NCBI RefSeq assembly: GCF_030028105.1
Contig: NC_092379.1
Location: 24,917,821-24,981,820 of the forward strand
From: Mobula birostris
Lineage: Eukaryota
Length of the DNA: 64,000 bases
Direction of reading: 5' to 3'
A program made the position numbers and the translations under genes. How positions within the stretch are numbered: the stretch's first letter is position 1; the number at the start of each line of letters is the position of its first letter. Below the pieces are notes generated by a model that saw nothing but the letters and a program-made list of their open reading frames with translations, was not told the DNA's origin and did not search any database. Shown piece by piece: positions 11,351 to 24,639 of this stretch.

Positions 11351-11849
11351 TGGTTTTGAAAACACCTGCGCCATATCTTCCTCTATCCCTTTACCTTCCG
11401 TTCAGCAAATCTACAGATTTTTTTTTTCTCAGTGGTGCACACGGATGCATAAAACAATACTGACTATTCAAGACTTGGCCTTGAGTATCCAAGATATGGT
11501 ATATCTTGCCTCTGAGAAGTCTCTTCAGTAACGTCACTAAATCTGAAATCAGGCTCAGCCATATGCATCGGTTGTCCATGCAACCCATCTTGAACCTCTG
11601 ACGACAGACCTTGACGGGGATGGTTAGTGATGTAGTATCAGACATTAGGTTTGATACACGAAATGAGACTGAATCTAGAATTGAATAGAGAAATAGAAGA
11701 TCGGCGATTTAAGTATTATATAGTGGCACCAAAACAGGTCTATCAATTAGTTCGGTGAGCTGAATCTTTAAAGACGCCTTATCCGTCAGCGATCCACGTT
11801 CCATTTAGCTAAACTGTCGAAACACCGGAAGCTGTCTAAGTAGGGGGCG

Positions 11850-13230
11850 TGTTATAACAGGATTTTCTCTCCCATAGCCAAATACGGACGTGTGCCGCTG
11901 CAAAAAATGACAATGATGGTAATCTTGAATAAAAACTGGATCCAATATGTGCCTTGCAGCAACTCAGTAGCGTTTCGCAATCCCAATCCTTCCCATTCCA
12001 TGAGGAACTGCCAAACACCTCGACCATTTCGTGAATTAGAAGTTCTTTCCACGGTGAAAACTTGTTTTCCATCGATTAACCTGGGTGGCAGCGTAACTAA
12101 TGGTGGTGGGGAATAGGGGCTGGTGTTCTCAGATATTCATTTCGAAATTTGGAAAATGTTTTTGTTCATGAGGGTCTTGGGCAGATGCAACGTACAAGTA
12201 ACCTGGATTACATTCTGGAGTACCGTCAAGTGTCCAATGAATTCTGGCGCCAAATTCCTAGTATCCATCCAGAGTGTCAAATCCTGCGTCGACAGTCAGA
12301 CTTGCTGCCCACGTACCAAAATGGCCCCGATTTCTCATGATGTTGGCACTTATTCCAGCTCTCCGTGTGGAGGCTAACAAAACTTCTCTGCCGTAGTCCA
12401 TACCCACATTTCATGGTGGACGCGATCTTCTGCCACATGGACTTCGGTCTCCGACTCCTGCTCAGGGGACAATGGCGCAGAATACCAAAATTGGCACACG
12501 ATATACGGCATCCACTGCGCCGAAAGACGCACGATTGATGCTACTATTTAATGGGGACAAGTGTTGTGGGCTGCTCACGTAAGGTAGTCACACCAATTCT
12601 CCGTTTTGGAGTTTGTTCCAAATCTCGCCCATAGACTTCATAGGAATGTAGTCGAAGTGAACCAAGGCGTACTTATAGAGAGCACCCCGAAGCAAATCAT
12701 TTATAAAGGCGTGAAAAATCGCAAGGCCGGAGGGCATTAGTCATAGTGCGCTGTCTGTTTGTTGAATGCCGTCTACCACTCGTCACACTCTTTTATGCGG
12801 CCAAGTTATATATTCTCGCAAGTGCAACTTCGAGAATTCTATTGTCCCTTGGAGGATTACGAAAACAGTGTTCATGAGTAAAATAGAGTAACGATTCTTG
12901 ACAGTTATGTGATTCAGCCCTTTATAATCAATGCAAATTCGCAAGCTCCCGTCTTTTTTGTTTGCAAGAAGAAGCCAGCTGGTGCCAAGGAGGTAAAGGG
13001 CCAAATAGTTGCAAGGGCTGGAATATCTTTTATAGGCTCCATAGCACCACTCATAGAATGAGGGCGCATATAATCGGAGTCGGTGGCGCCATAGGGTGAC
13101 CAGGGCCTCCCCCTTTCGGTGACTTTCCTGGACTAGAGTCCGAAACTTAAAAGTGTAGTTTGCTGCTGCCCAACAGCCCTGATGCAACTTCATCAGACGG
13201 TCCGAGACCCGGTTCATTTTTTTATTTTTT

Positions 13231-13264
<34 letters not shown>

Positions 13265-13700
13265 GGAGTAATGTAATACCTTCCTCATGAAATCCACAAG
13301 TTCCTCCGATTCGCAGCAAATCTCCGATATTCGCTCGAACTGCCTGGTGGCACACGCCAGTACTATGCCGAACAGGAGAGGAATCATGAACTCCACCTTT
13401 CTGCGTTCCAAAGGGAACCGGGCTGACTGGAGTTCGAACACCAACGAACCTTGAGTACGACAGCCGCCCCAAGAACCTGGCTCAACTCCGAATCTATCTG
13501 GGCACGTAAGATGGGTTGGCTTTGCAGAGAGACAGAAGCCTCATCCCAGCAGCTCTTTCTTCCTCCCGGCGATAATTGGCACAGCACGATCTGGAGATCA
13601 TATACATGAAGCCTCTGTCATGACATTTTTGGCAGTGACTTGCCACAGTTGACAAAATACTCTGGTATGCAGCAGTGTGCATGCTGGGTCGATCTTATTG
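11850..13700 (-). mobile_element. Ty3/Gypsy chromovirus (Sushi-like) relic, multiply deleted
   Basis: gag-like (RFPLERRKVEFMIPLL...RLMKLHQG...YTFKFRTL), RT N-terminus ([24 protein letters not shown]), integrase remnants and chromodomain-like RGVWQFLMEWEG. A ~45-nt A tract interrupts gag at 13217-13262. Confidence 0.8.
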
Positions 13701-16456
13701 TGATGAAGCAGCTTGACGAGAACGGTTAGGACCTAAGTGCTGGGGTATTGCAGACTAGGTTCAAGAGACTGAATCAAGAAAGGAAGATATTGGTTGGTAA
13801 TGTAAATGAGCTTGCGATTGTGCAACAGACTTCACTTCAGGAGCTCTTTGAATATTAGTTCCTGGCGCCAAATCATGGCCACCAGTTAGCGGGACGACAT
13901 GTATTTTTAAAGCGGGTGCGATCAGTATCCATGCCTCAGAGAGTTAGGGAGTCTAAGGCCCAGAGGCTTGCACGGTTCGGTGCTTTTCCCAACAGCAAAT
14001 TTCCACATTTTCTGTTATTGTACTCTAAATTTTTGCTGATAGTAAACTTAATATAACTCAAAACAATATTTGTGTTCTCAATTTCTGCCAGATCTATTTC
14101 ATACCCTCGTTTTGTGCAGAATATTTCATTCTGTTAATGCAGGGCTTTAACATTTTCCTTATTTCGTCGAGGGAAGTATTTGCATAGTTTCCATTCAATT
14201 CCTCCTTATACCTAAAGTTCGCTGTATTTGATGTTTGCTGTCTTCATATCTGGAACATGCTGTTACTCGACTCTTAATATAACGCTTTTGAAAACATTGT
14301 CTCTGTTCAACCCGTCTTCACACTGAAATTGTAGTTCAGAGCTATATAGTGACGCAGGGTAATGGACGAAATTTTCGTCGAATCATCATTAGAACTGTGT
14401 AATGTATGAAAATCGAACTACTTGGCTACCCAACACTATTTTCCTCTTACCTTTATGCTTCTTGCAAAATGTTTTTACAAACACTATAAACTCCAGGTAA
14501 ATAACACTGTGTGTCCCTTCGATTCGTCAAAACGCCTTCGGCATAATAGTTAACAGGAAAAAAAAACAACAACAACAACAACAACATCAACTTCAAAACA
14601 AAAACAAAAGTCGAGACACTCGTTGCTGGGTCATTTCTGTACTCAGTTTTCTCGGCTGCATTTTCAAATTTATCATAGCGACAAAATATGTTGTACGCAC
14701 TGTATTCTTCAGTCACTGTGGGCATGGCTTGTGTCTGAATATAATAGTTCATATGAAGATGGAATGGTATCTCGCAACATGTGGCAGTGGTTATATTTCA
14801 GTTCACATCTCTGGAAGTAAAGAAATGGTCAAAGCTCAAAGACATTACAAACGTTTCTCTCTCTCCGGATATCAGTGTTTATCTCTCTGGCCGCTGAATA
14901 CATGACAATGTACGCGGATTCTCCTGCGAACACAAATGAACCTTGTACCATGCCATAATGCAGTGAATTTAACAAGAAAAAAAAAATGTCCTCCGAAACT
15001 ACAGATGGAGCTTCACAAATCGTTCATACGTTGAAAAACATGGAGTTAAGTGTCAGACGAATTCATGTAAACCTGTTTTTACCGGGCGTCTCTAGCAATG
15101 CGGCTCGATAGCCCTTCGCTACTGATCACAGCGGGGTAAAAAAACACATTACCACGTTCCGTTCGTCCAGGGTCGATAAGACTTTGACCCCGAACACCGG
15201 GAAGTTGGAATATCTCGCTCATCAAACACCGATCTGTGTGAAAATGCGTAAATACTGGAGCGTGCAATTGCCTGTCGGCAATACGTTACAGTTCGTACAC
15301 TGCAAACAATTATCAAGAACATCATTTATAAATGATAACTTAACCAAACAGTTTTTAAAGAAAAACACGGAAAAAAATGAAGAACCAATTAAATAAGTCA
15401 AATGTGCACAGGCTGGATTTTACAACTTCCAAAAGATGACGTGCTGTTGTACGCACTGCGTCAACTCCTATTCATGGATGCCCGGTAGGTCTTCTGATCT
15501 TGGTCTATCCTGATTGTACCACATTACTTTCCTAAGCATAAGTATCACAATCCGCTATCTTTAACTATAACCCAGACACGATCAGCACAATACGTTGTTT
15601 CAAACGAAAACCATGAAATGAAAAGCCTTAAAAAAGTAGCAGTACAATCTTAACCAACGCGTTAAGAATGTCTTCCCAATGCAGTGGTGAAAGTTGCTTC
15701 CCATGTAATGCAACCCTGTCTCAGAGCATTACATTTGTTCCCTTTACCTCTTTGTCCTTAAATTCTTCCACAAAAAGACTCAACTCTATTTTCCACATCT
15801 ACATGCCCTCAATAAACGGAAGCCATAGCTTCCAGCAGCAAATATGAAGCAATGATATGCTAATGAATGTGATAGATATCAACAATCCAAGGTACAAAAG
15901 TCTTATTGTTGAACATCATTTTTGTTTTTTCCTGAGGTCATAGTTGCATGTGATGAAGTTCATCTTCCACCCATTCTTCCTTACTCTTTTTCTCGTTGCA
16001 AACAAGGGTCAGTCTTCATTTCGTAAAATAAATTACAAGCAAAATATGTCTGGTTACAGGGATTGCTTTCTAACAAATATCACTGCCGACAGCAAAGGCT
16101 GATGGCCCACATGAGAGATTGACTGCACAAAATGAATGGTTTGTAAAGTAAAGTGACCTAAAAACGTTCTTGTCTGGGGAAGCAAAGTCTAACAAAACGC
16201 AGCGATGTTAATGGCCTACAGCAAACCAAGCAACCCATACATGTATTTAGTTCAAGGGAATATTGAAACCGGACTGATATCTATCACTTAGCACATCAAA
16301 CATGGCTAATCTGCTTGTGTTCGCTCACGGGATTCAGTGTTGATAGATATTATTCCGGGTGTCCAGAGTCGTTGTGCCCAGAAGCATTTGGATCACATTT
16401 ATTAATTATGTTGTTCCAATAAAAGAATCTAAAACGATCACACGCAAATAATGTTA

Positions 16457-17240
16457 GTCATGGTCATAGTTATAGTCATACTTTATTCATCCCGGGGGAA
16501 ATTGTTTTTTGTTACAGTTGCACCATAAATAATAAATAGTAATAGAACCATAAATAGTTAAATAGTAATATGTAAATTATGCCAGTAATTATGAAAAAAG
16601 TTCAGGACCAGCCTATTGGCTCAGGGTGTCTGACCTTCCAAGCCAGTAGTTGTAAAGTTTGATGGCCACAGGCGGGAATGACCTCCTATGACTCTCTGTG
16701 TTGCATCTCGGTGGAATGAGTCTCTGGCTGAATGTACTCCTGTGCCAACCCAGTATATTATGTAGTGGATAGGAGACATTGACCAAGATGAGATGCAGCT
16801 TAGACAGCATCCTCTTTTCAGACACCACCGTGAGAGAGTTCAGTTCCATCCCCACATCACCTGCCTTACGAATGAGTTTGTTGATTCTGTTGGTGTCTGC
16901 TACCCTCAGCCTGCTGCCCCAGCACACAACAGCAAACATGATAACACTGGCCACCACAGACTCGTAGAACATTCTCAGCATCGTCCGGCGGATGGTAAAG
17001 GACCTCAGTCTCCTCAGGAAATAGAGACTGTTCTGACCCTTCTTGTAGAAGCCTCACTGTTCATTGACCAGTCCAGTTTATTGTCAATTCGCATCCCCAG
17101 GTATTTGTAATCCTCCACCATGCATGGAAACAGGGTTCACCGGTACCTTAGCTCTCCTCAGGTCTACTACCAGCTCCTTATTTTTTTTCACATTTAGCTG
17201 CAGATAATTCTGCTCACGCCATGTGACAAAGTTTCCTACC
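16457..17240 (-). mobile_element. Rex1/Babar-like LINE, 5'-truncated
   Basis: ORF MLRMFYESVVASVIMFAVVCWGS...HRRSFPPVAIKLYN, upstream LQLNVKKNKELVVD, and a (CATAGT)-type tail. Confidence 0.8.
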
Positions 17241-19049
17241 ATAGGTGGTAAAAGAATTTTATAACCTCTAGAAAGCATTGGGAGTGATTACCAATGTCAA
17301 GGACAATGACCGAAAGATGGTGTGACTGGAAGTAGAAAGAAAATGTATTCCACACACATCGTTTTCTACGATATACACCCCCTTCACTTCCAACTCGTTC
17401 CTATTTTACTTTGCTTCGTAAATATTGTCCCTATGTTTGGAAATCGTTTCTAGTGTACACATATTCTTTTGAAAATCAGAGATTATATACATAGGTAAAA
17501 CAGTTAAATATGTCAAAAATTATCTGTCGATGTTTAAATACATGATTTAAAATAAAATGATCTGTTCATAACCTACCTTGTTATTGCGATGTTTCGTATG
17601 ATTGGGAGAGAGCGGTGACCCAAAACTCAAACAGTGGGCATTTGTAGGTAAACTTCCCGCAGAGACTAGAAAGGAACGTAAGCTATTATTTGAAGATAAA
17701 TTTATTACAGTGTAACCCCGTTATTGTGCGAATAGCCGTAGATAGTCATAATGCGTAGGTCATAAAATTGTATTTAAAGTTTAGAGATTTGCAGACAGTA
17801 AACTGAAGGCCATCACAAGAAATGAAATAGAAACCCGTGTTTCAGCTCTGTGGGTCACTTGCTGAATGCAAATGACCAATGTTGCTTTATACATTTTCTC
17901 TGCAACTTTTAACATATTTCGAAAAATATTTCAACTGAGGCGCTACTATCGTTTGTCCATCCACCAACGATTGTCCCTCGATCTCCTGACCTGCTTGACT
18001 AGATGCAGAACGTCAGAATCGACAACGAATACAATGGCGTTCCTTGAATTGTTGGAAGCTCATTCATCAGCATTTATTCGATATGTTTTTCGTCCTATCG
18101 TCAACAAATATGTATTTATATATCACATTTAGATCATTCAGCTGATCTTTGGGAGCACCATGGATTTTTTTTTTTTGAGTTTTGTCTGATTGGTTAGTTC
18201 AGTAGAAAATAGCAGAACATGCTTTCGATTTAACATTTCTGAACAGCAAAACGCATTAAACAATGCGACTTCAGTTATCCGCTTGCCATCTGCAGTGCAA
18301 AACCAGACGACGCATATTAGCATCAACTCCTCAGCACCTCTGCAAAGAGAGAACCAATCTCCACCCATTTTGCAATGTCACTCTTGCAATACTAAAAAAA
18401 AAAGTATTCGCACGGACAGCGATAGATATACTTGCATTTCCACTCTCCACTCAGCTGTTAATGAGCCGTCTGCGGGTGGGGGCCGCGCGGAGCTAATGTG
18501 GAACTGGTCTGTGTAGTTTTGGTCGAATTGAGAAGTCTGTATGCTCACCAACTTCGAATTATGGTGATACGGGATGGAAACGAAACTGTGGGGAAAAAAT
18601 CCGTAGTCCACTAGTTTTGTCGGTGTGAAACTGTAACGTAGTGTACAAAGCCACAATTGTTACCTAGTTTTTAAATTATGAGTAAAAATTCTGAAATTCC
18701 CAGCAGCTTTATTTGGCAATGGGGCATGACAGCGATGACGTGGCTGATTCAGCGCAATGCGCTGTGATGACTGCTTGTGTAGGCTGTGTCAGCAGCCGCT
18801 GTTGGTTGGAAAACTTTCCTATTTCCAAGTACTGAAGGAAACTTGTGGGATTGATCCTGATTTTTGTATAGACTGAAACCGCTATGAAAATTGTGTAGTT
18901 TAAGCCCAAATAAAAGCTGCTATATAATAGGGTATGTTAGCAGTCGAGACAATTATTAACGGCGGATAGAAATAAAGAACAAAGTGAAATGAATGTGGTA
19001 CGCTGAGCTTATAAACTGCAAAGAGACTACTGTATTCCTCGCAGCTTCA

Positions 19050-20580
19050 ATGATCTTCTCACATTCTCAGGACATCTCAATCCTGCTCCCTTATTTGGCA
19101 ACACCAAATGTCTTCCCTGTCTGATCTTCGCTCTGATCTTTGCCATGTCTTCCCCTCTCCCTACAACCTTCCACACTCTGAGCCGGAGCACTCTGTCCAC
19201 AGTAAGAACATTACCATTGTACCCAATTTGTCCACACCCAAAGGAGTCACGTACCGGCCACGACACCGAGCCGTATTCCTGTCGTCCCCGCCTGATAGCC
19301 AGGTTTGTGCAAGAATACCAGACCTCTCACTGGCGACCCCTTCTGCCGTCTCCAACCCTACTCATTTTCTTAGAAAAAAAACGTTCTTGTGCTGTTCCTG
19401 GTTAGATCTTTCCGCGTCAAATTGCATACAAGATGCAATTGCCTTGACGTAAACACTTCTCTCATTTCCTGTATCTTACAACTTCTGAAACGAATTATCC
19501 AGCACTCTGTCTGCAGCAATGCCAACCTGACCATCGAATTCACAGAAATGTGTCTGTTGCTACAGCCTGGTGGACTGACCTCTACATTCCGAAGCCAAGC
19601 GGCAAATCTTAGACTCCTTCACATACCTACGACTTCAAGAGGATTCTACTCCACACCATGAGAAACTTCTCTATGACACCGAAGCTAACCTCATCATCTG
19701 TGAAGAGCTCCTCACCACTGCCATAGCTCATAGTTCACTTACCCAGCGATGTTCGCTTCTATCGGCTACCGAAGATCATCAAATCTAAATGGCTGTGTCG
19801 CCCCATTGCCCACTGTCCGGTCCTGTCCTACTGTAATCGTGGCTGGTTATCCCCACTCCATTCTCTCCCTATTCGTTGTGTTCTTTGTCGTCCAGATCTG
19901 AAGCACTTCTCACGCTCTTGGTCTCCTCATTAAATTCCATGATCATGAATCTGACCATCTAATTTACACCATAGGTTTCCACAACTTATACTCTTACATA
20001 CCGTATTAAGAAGACGATATTCGTTTCTATCTCTTTCCGTATAAACTGGCCAAGGAATTCCCCTCTAACTTCCGTCCGGCAGAACTGGACTTCAAACTCA
20101 ACAGATTTTACCTCGGCACCTCCATATTTCTAGCGTCGTGTGGTACCCTTAAGAAGCCAAATGTGTCAGCTGTACCATAACATCATCAGATGTTGAACAA
20201 TCAGAATTCGGCCGGTGTGGCTCGTCGAGTCTGTACACCATTTCAACATGGCTGATACAATTTTCCTCTCAGACATAATCTCCTCTTTTCTACCTGCATT
20301 GCTTCATGCCAAGATCAATACAGAATCTATCAGCCTCTGCCTTAACTATATACATAAAGCGCGTGTGCTCCGCAGCTCCATGTTCGAAAAAAAATCCACT
20401 AAATCTCCACACGCTATCGAAGGAAGTTCCTCCTTATCTCCGTTCTAAAAGGACACGCTTTCTATTCTAAGCCAGTGCCCTCTGGTCTTCGACTATCCCA
20501 TGGTAGGGATCATCCTTTCAACATCCTCTCGAACAACGCCTGTCACCTTTCATTAAGTTTCAATCAGATTACCCGTGGAG
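19050..20580 (-). mobile_element. Degenerate CR1 LINE pieces
   Basis: Eroded endonuclease and 3'-end similarity. Confidence 0.4.
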
Positions 20581-21959
20581 GACGATTTTGTGAGTTGATG
20601 GTTGTGATAAAGAAGGGGTAATTATTTGTTTTTCTTCTTTTTGTTTAGCATGCGACCCATTTCGCAGCTTCGTTTGTTATAGATATGACCTTCGTTTCTG
20701 GCGGAGACAAACCTTAGAATCCTTACCTCATGTGTCCTGAGAATAAAGCACCCGTCTAAGTCCAAAGATCCGGTCCCGATATTGAAATGGTTAAGAGAGC
20801 AAATTTAAGGAATCCTTCAGATTGGTCCCAATACCGTAGTGTTAGTGACGGATTTCTATACCTTTAGACCGAAACCCCATTGTCTTCTCCTCAGTATAAC
20901 CCTGAACTTCAAATGAAGTAATGGATCCATCCTTGTGGGTATTGCACAATATTGCTAGTCACTAAACCTGCATGTTCGATCTATGAAGCTTTGTGCACGA
21001 TTTGCGGGCTGTCAAACAGTGCAGCTCATTTTCCCGGTTGGAAAGGACACAAATGTCGCTTTGGCCACTGTAGCATCTAAATCACGATGGTACCTGGTGA
21101 CTGACAACTGCGTCGCCTTCATTTTGATCCCTGTGCACGATACGGTTAATAACTTGAACCTTTATATACAATGGACAACAATATACCTGGACGCATTTGC
21201 CTCAGGACCATACTCAGTGCCAAGGTATAAGTAGCTGCTGCTAGAATCGACTTGTAGACATTACTGGTGCCAGTCTCTAGTGCCATTTTGCAACTTGATG
21301 ATGACACTGGTCGATTGCCAGAACGCAACTATAAGACTGTTACATCACCTAGAAACCTATGGACCCCAGTTGTCATTTTCTAAGACAGAGTTTTGCGAAA
21401 CAACTCTCCTTTATTTGGGCAAGAACAATCCAGTTATTTAGTGACGTGAGGAGGGTTTTGGGAGCTCCGTACTAATTCAGAAAAACGGTGGCTTGAAAAG
21501 ACTGATGGCATATACTCCACTCAATTAGCATTTGTGGTGCATGGTCTCTCAATGATGGCTGTAAATGCTGCGAGTTCACGGAATGACTACTCAGGCTGCA
21601 ATGCTGCTCCTCAATTCAGTGGCTACACTACTCTTTACAGCAGCAAGGCGAGCAAGGGATGAGGTGATGTTATTTACAATTCCAAATTTGAATTTAAAAG
21701 AGCACCCGCCCTTAAACCGGACGCCATTGTTTCCAATCACAATGACACAGAACGACATAATTTTGTGTTAACTATTGCAGTCAAGACCACCCCTCCAACT
21801 GATTTCAGCTCTATCCTTTTAACTAACCCAGCTCTGATTTTTATTATTGAAGTTTAATCAGTAAGCCTGATGATATAGAGACTATTTCTACTTCCATCGA
21901 TAGTATCTTTATTTTCCGTTTCAGGGTTCTTTTGAAGACTCTGACCTGGAGTTACACGC

Positions 21960-22560
21960 TGGCTTCGGTTCTTTTTTTGGCAATTGGACCGGCCGTCGGG
22001 ATTTGACGACTGGCTGTTATGTCAAGGAGGCGGTCTAAGAGCTTAGATCGCCTTCGGAGCTCCGAGTTCTCGGGGTTCTGGAAGTGGGCGGATCGAAGGT
22101 TGGTGTCCCGGCAGGAGACTGGAGAGTCCTGGGAGTCGGAAGAACTCTGCTGAATTGATTGTTATGACTCCCCTCTCGCTGTGAAACGAAGGCATCTCTT
22201 TCTCCCTTATTGGAGAGAGATAAAAAGCCTATGGTATGTCGAGTTCCGGTGGACGAGTGGTCCTTGTGGTGCTGCATGTCTCTGTCCTTGCCTTTGCTTT
22301 GCTGTACGATTGAGCGATCGATGCTGGGTGCCGATGCTATTTTGCTTTGCCAGTGGAGGGAGCGGGTGATCTTTGGTTCCTTCCACTTACGCTGGGGAGC
22401 GAAGGGAGCTGGATGGGGCGGACTTTGGGGTTCCAGCAATTAACTGTCACTCATTCTTTATGGGCATTCTTCTGTTTTTGTTGATGGTTGCGAAGAAAAT
22501 GTATTTCCGGATATATATTGTATATATTTCTCAGATATTTAATGTATCTTTCGAACCCCG
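21960..22560 (+). mobile_element. Non-coding interspersed repeat (SINE-like or non-autonomous)
   Basis: GC-rich body with an AT-rich 3' tail resembling common elasmobranch repeats. The family was not determined. Confidence 0.4.
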
Positions 22561-22715
22561 AAACCATTAAAACATGAGAGATTGGAAGTAGGTTCCGTCC
22601 ATTCAGGAATATCAGCCGCTGAGCTACTTCTATTCATAAGAGCTTTCGTCTTGGCTGAGTGTAAAACTGTGAAAATTTATAACATTTATGGATCTGCAGA
22701 TAGATGTTGTGCATA

Positions 22716-22881
22716 NNNNNNNNNNNNNNNNNNNNNNNNNNNNNNNNNNNNNNNNNNNNNNNNNNNNNNNNNNNNNNNNNNNNNNNNNNNNNNNNNNNNN
22801 NNNNNNNNNNNNNNNNNNNNNNNNNNNNNNNNNNNNNNNNNNNNNNNNNNNNNNNNNNNNNNNNNNNNNNNNNNNNNNNNN
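22716..22881. other. Assembly gap (166 N)
   Basis: Direct reading. Confidence 1.
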
Positions 22882-23039
22882 GTGAAGTCTGTATATATAA
22901 ATAATTGTTAGTAATAATAAACATGCTTTGTTAATACATAAACACCTTTCCCTTACGAAAAATAAATGACACTAGTGCAGTAATTAAGATTATTCCCCGA
23001 TTTTTGAATTCTTTGTAATTTTAATGGTGATGGAGGAAT

Positions 23040-24012
23040 GCTCTTTGAGGGGAAATTGACTAGATCATTGAGAAAACCCTGGAATTCCCCTGGAGGGGTA
23101 TGCGATCAAACAACTATAATAATCCGGATTAGAGCAAATGATAAACGGAGTTCTGATGGGCATTCTGACCGAAGAATGCCAACAATCAAACGAAAATAGT
23201 TCTGCATACATTGGACATGTCACCAGGACCACAAATTAACACATTTTGAAGTATTGATTAGAAGTCCTCCCAGGTGTCTCGATCCTCTTTTGAAATGGCC
23301 CAAACACGGCAGTTATCGGTGGATGAGAAACCCTACAAATAATAAAATATTTAGTTGCAGCTATTAGAATGAAGCATCAGAAAGTGGTCACCGCTGTCCA
23401 CAAACGTGGGGAGGGAAATCTACATCATTTAAACCAGGAGATTATGTGTATATTTACTAGTAGGAACGGCCCTATCAATTGCACTTCACGGCTGTCAAGG
23501 TACAAAGCAAAGCCGAATGGATCCACAGAGCGAAGTGTAGGCTGTATCAGTCCTCTGATCCGTAGTCCCATAGTTTACTGGACTAGAAGGACAACTGAAA
23601 AAAATGAAGTGCCTAACGATATATTGAGTTATTTGCCTCATTGACTTTGCGTCTGGGCTTATCTGTACTTGGAATAGTTATTTAGGCTTAACTGCTGAAG
23701 TAGTCGCCACTCAAACTGGGCCCTGCAAAAGAGGGTGGTCTCAGAGAGCAGAAAAGTGTGCTGTTATAGGGCAGCAATATTTTTTACCAATATTCCTGAC
23801 GTATTTGAAAATATAGCGCAACTGACGGATCATGCACAAGAAAGTGTAAAACCAGGTTTGCAAGATCGGAGGATAATTCCACAACGAACATTTTTAAGAA
23901 TATTTTTGGCGGTTGGTGGAGAATGCTCGTACATTATAGAATTCTTATCACTGTGATAATAGTATGCTGTTTGTTGCATATTGTATTTCAAATGTGCAAA
24001 TGTAATCCATAG
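23040..24012 (+). mobile_element. Endogenous retrovirus pol(IN)-env remnant
   Basis: EQMINGVL...FEVL, FKPGDYVYI, GPYQ..TAVKV..EWIH (IN). MKCLTIY*VICLIDFASG (env signal). ALQKRVV/AEKCAVIGQ (ISD-like). NIFGGWW..ILITVIIVCCLLHIV (TM anchor). Confidence 0.7.
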
Positions 24013-24140
24013 GTTCCCTGGAGTTAATACTGATACTTAGTTCCCCAAATCTAATGAGGAGGAATATTTGTAAAAGAGACACTTACCTCAGATCCCTACC
24101 TATTTGCTTCCTCTGATATTAATTGTTGATCTTGAAATGA

Positions 24141-24560
24141 AAAAAAAAGAGGGGACTGTGGAAGAAAATATTGTGAGTTAATTAATTCGATAGCCAAAGA
24201 GGTAATCTTAGCTTTATGAATATGAAAAAAAAATCAGTTTTCAGCTTGATTTGTTACAGATATGGCCTTGGCTTTTAGCAGAGAGAAGTCTTAGAAAAAA
24301 AAAAAAAAAACACTTCGATTGCTCATCTTATCAACATTAGCCTGAGGATATTAGACAAACTGTTTATACAAAGTTGTCCACATGAATGTTTTGTTTTCGG
24401 CTGTTGCTCTGGGTATAGCTTATCACGAGATAAATGCATGCGAAACTAGCTTATCGGTAATTTATTTGTCTCCCACTGAAGTATCTCAAGTATCGTTTTC
24501 TAGAAGTCTGATATACACTCTCGCCTCATTTATTTTTTTTATCTATCAGAAGAAACTGAT
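24141..24560 (+). mobile_element. PPT and probable 3' LTR of the ERV
   Basis: AAAAAAAAGAGGGGAC followed by TGTGG at 24157. The 3' end is not defined. Confidence 0.5.
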
Positions 24561-24639
24561 GGTATCCTCTTGATTATTATTGATTAGATTACTGTTGTAT
24601 TTCAACTTTGCATCCTTAGTGATGTTTACGTTTTCTTAT

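Noticed and set aside
14505-14720. Two perfect CACTGTG heptamers
   Set aside because: No nonamer at 12 or 23, and no V-like coding flank.
21050-21330. W..GK spacing and TSNVY resembling Vdelta
   Set aside because: It needs several frameshifts and has no cysteines, FR3 or RSS.
22582-22924. ORFs spanning X runs
   Set aside because: These are artefacts of the N gap.
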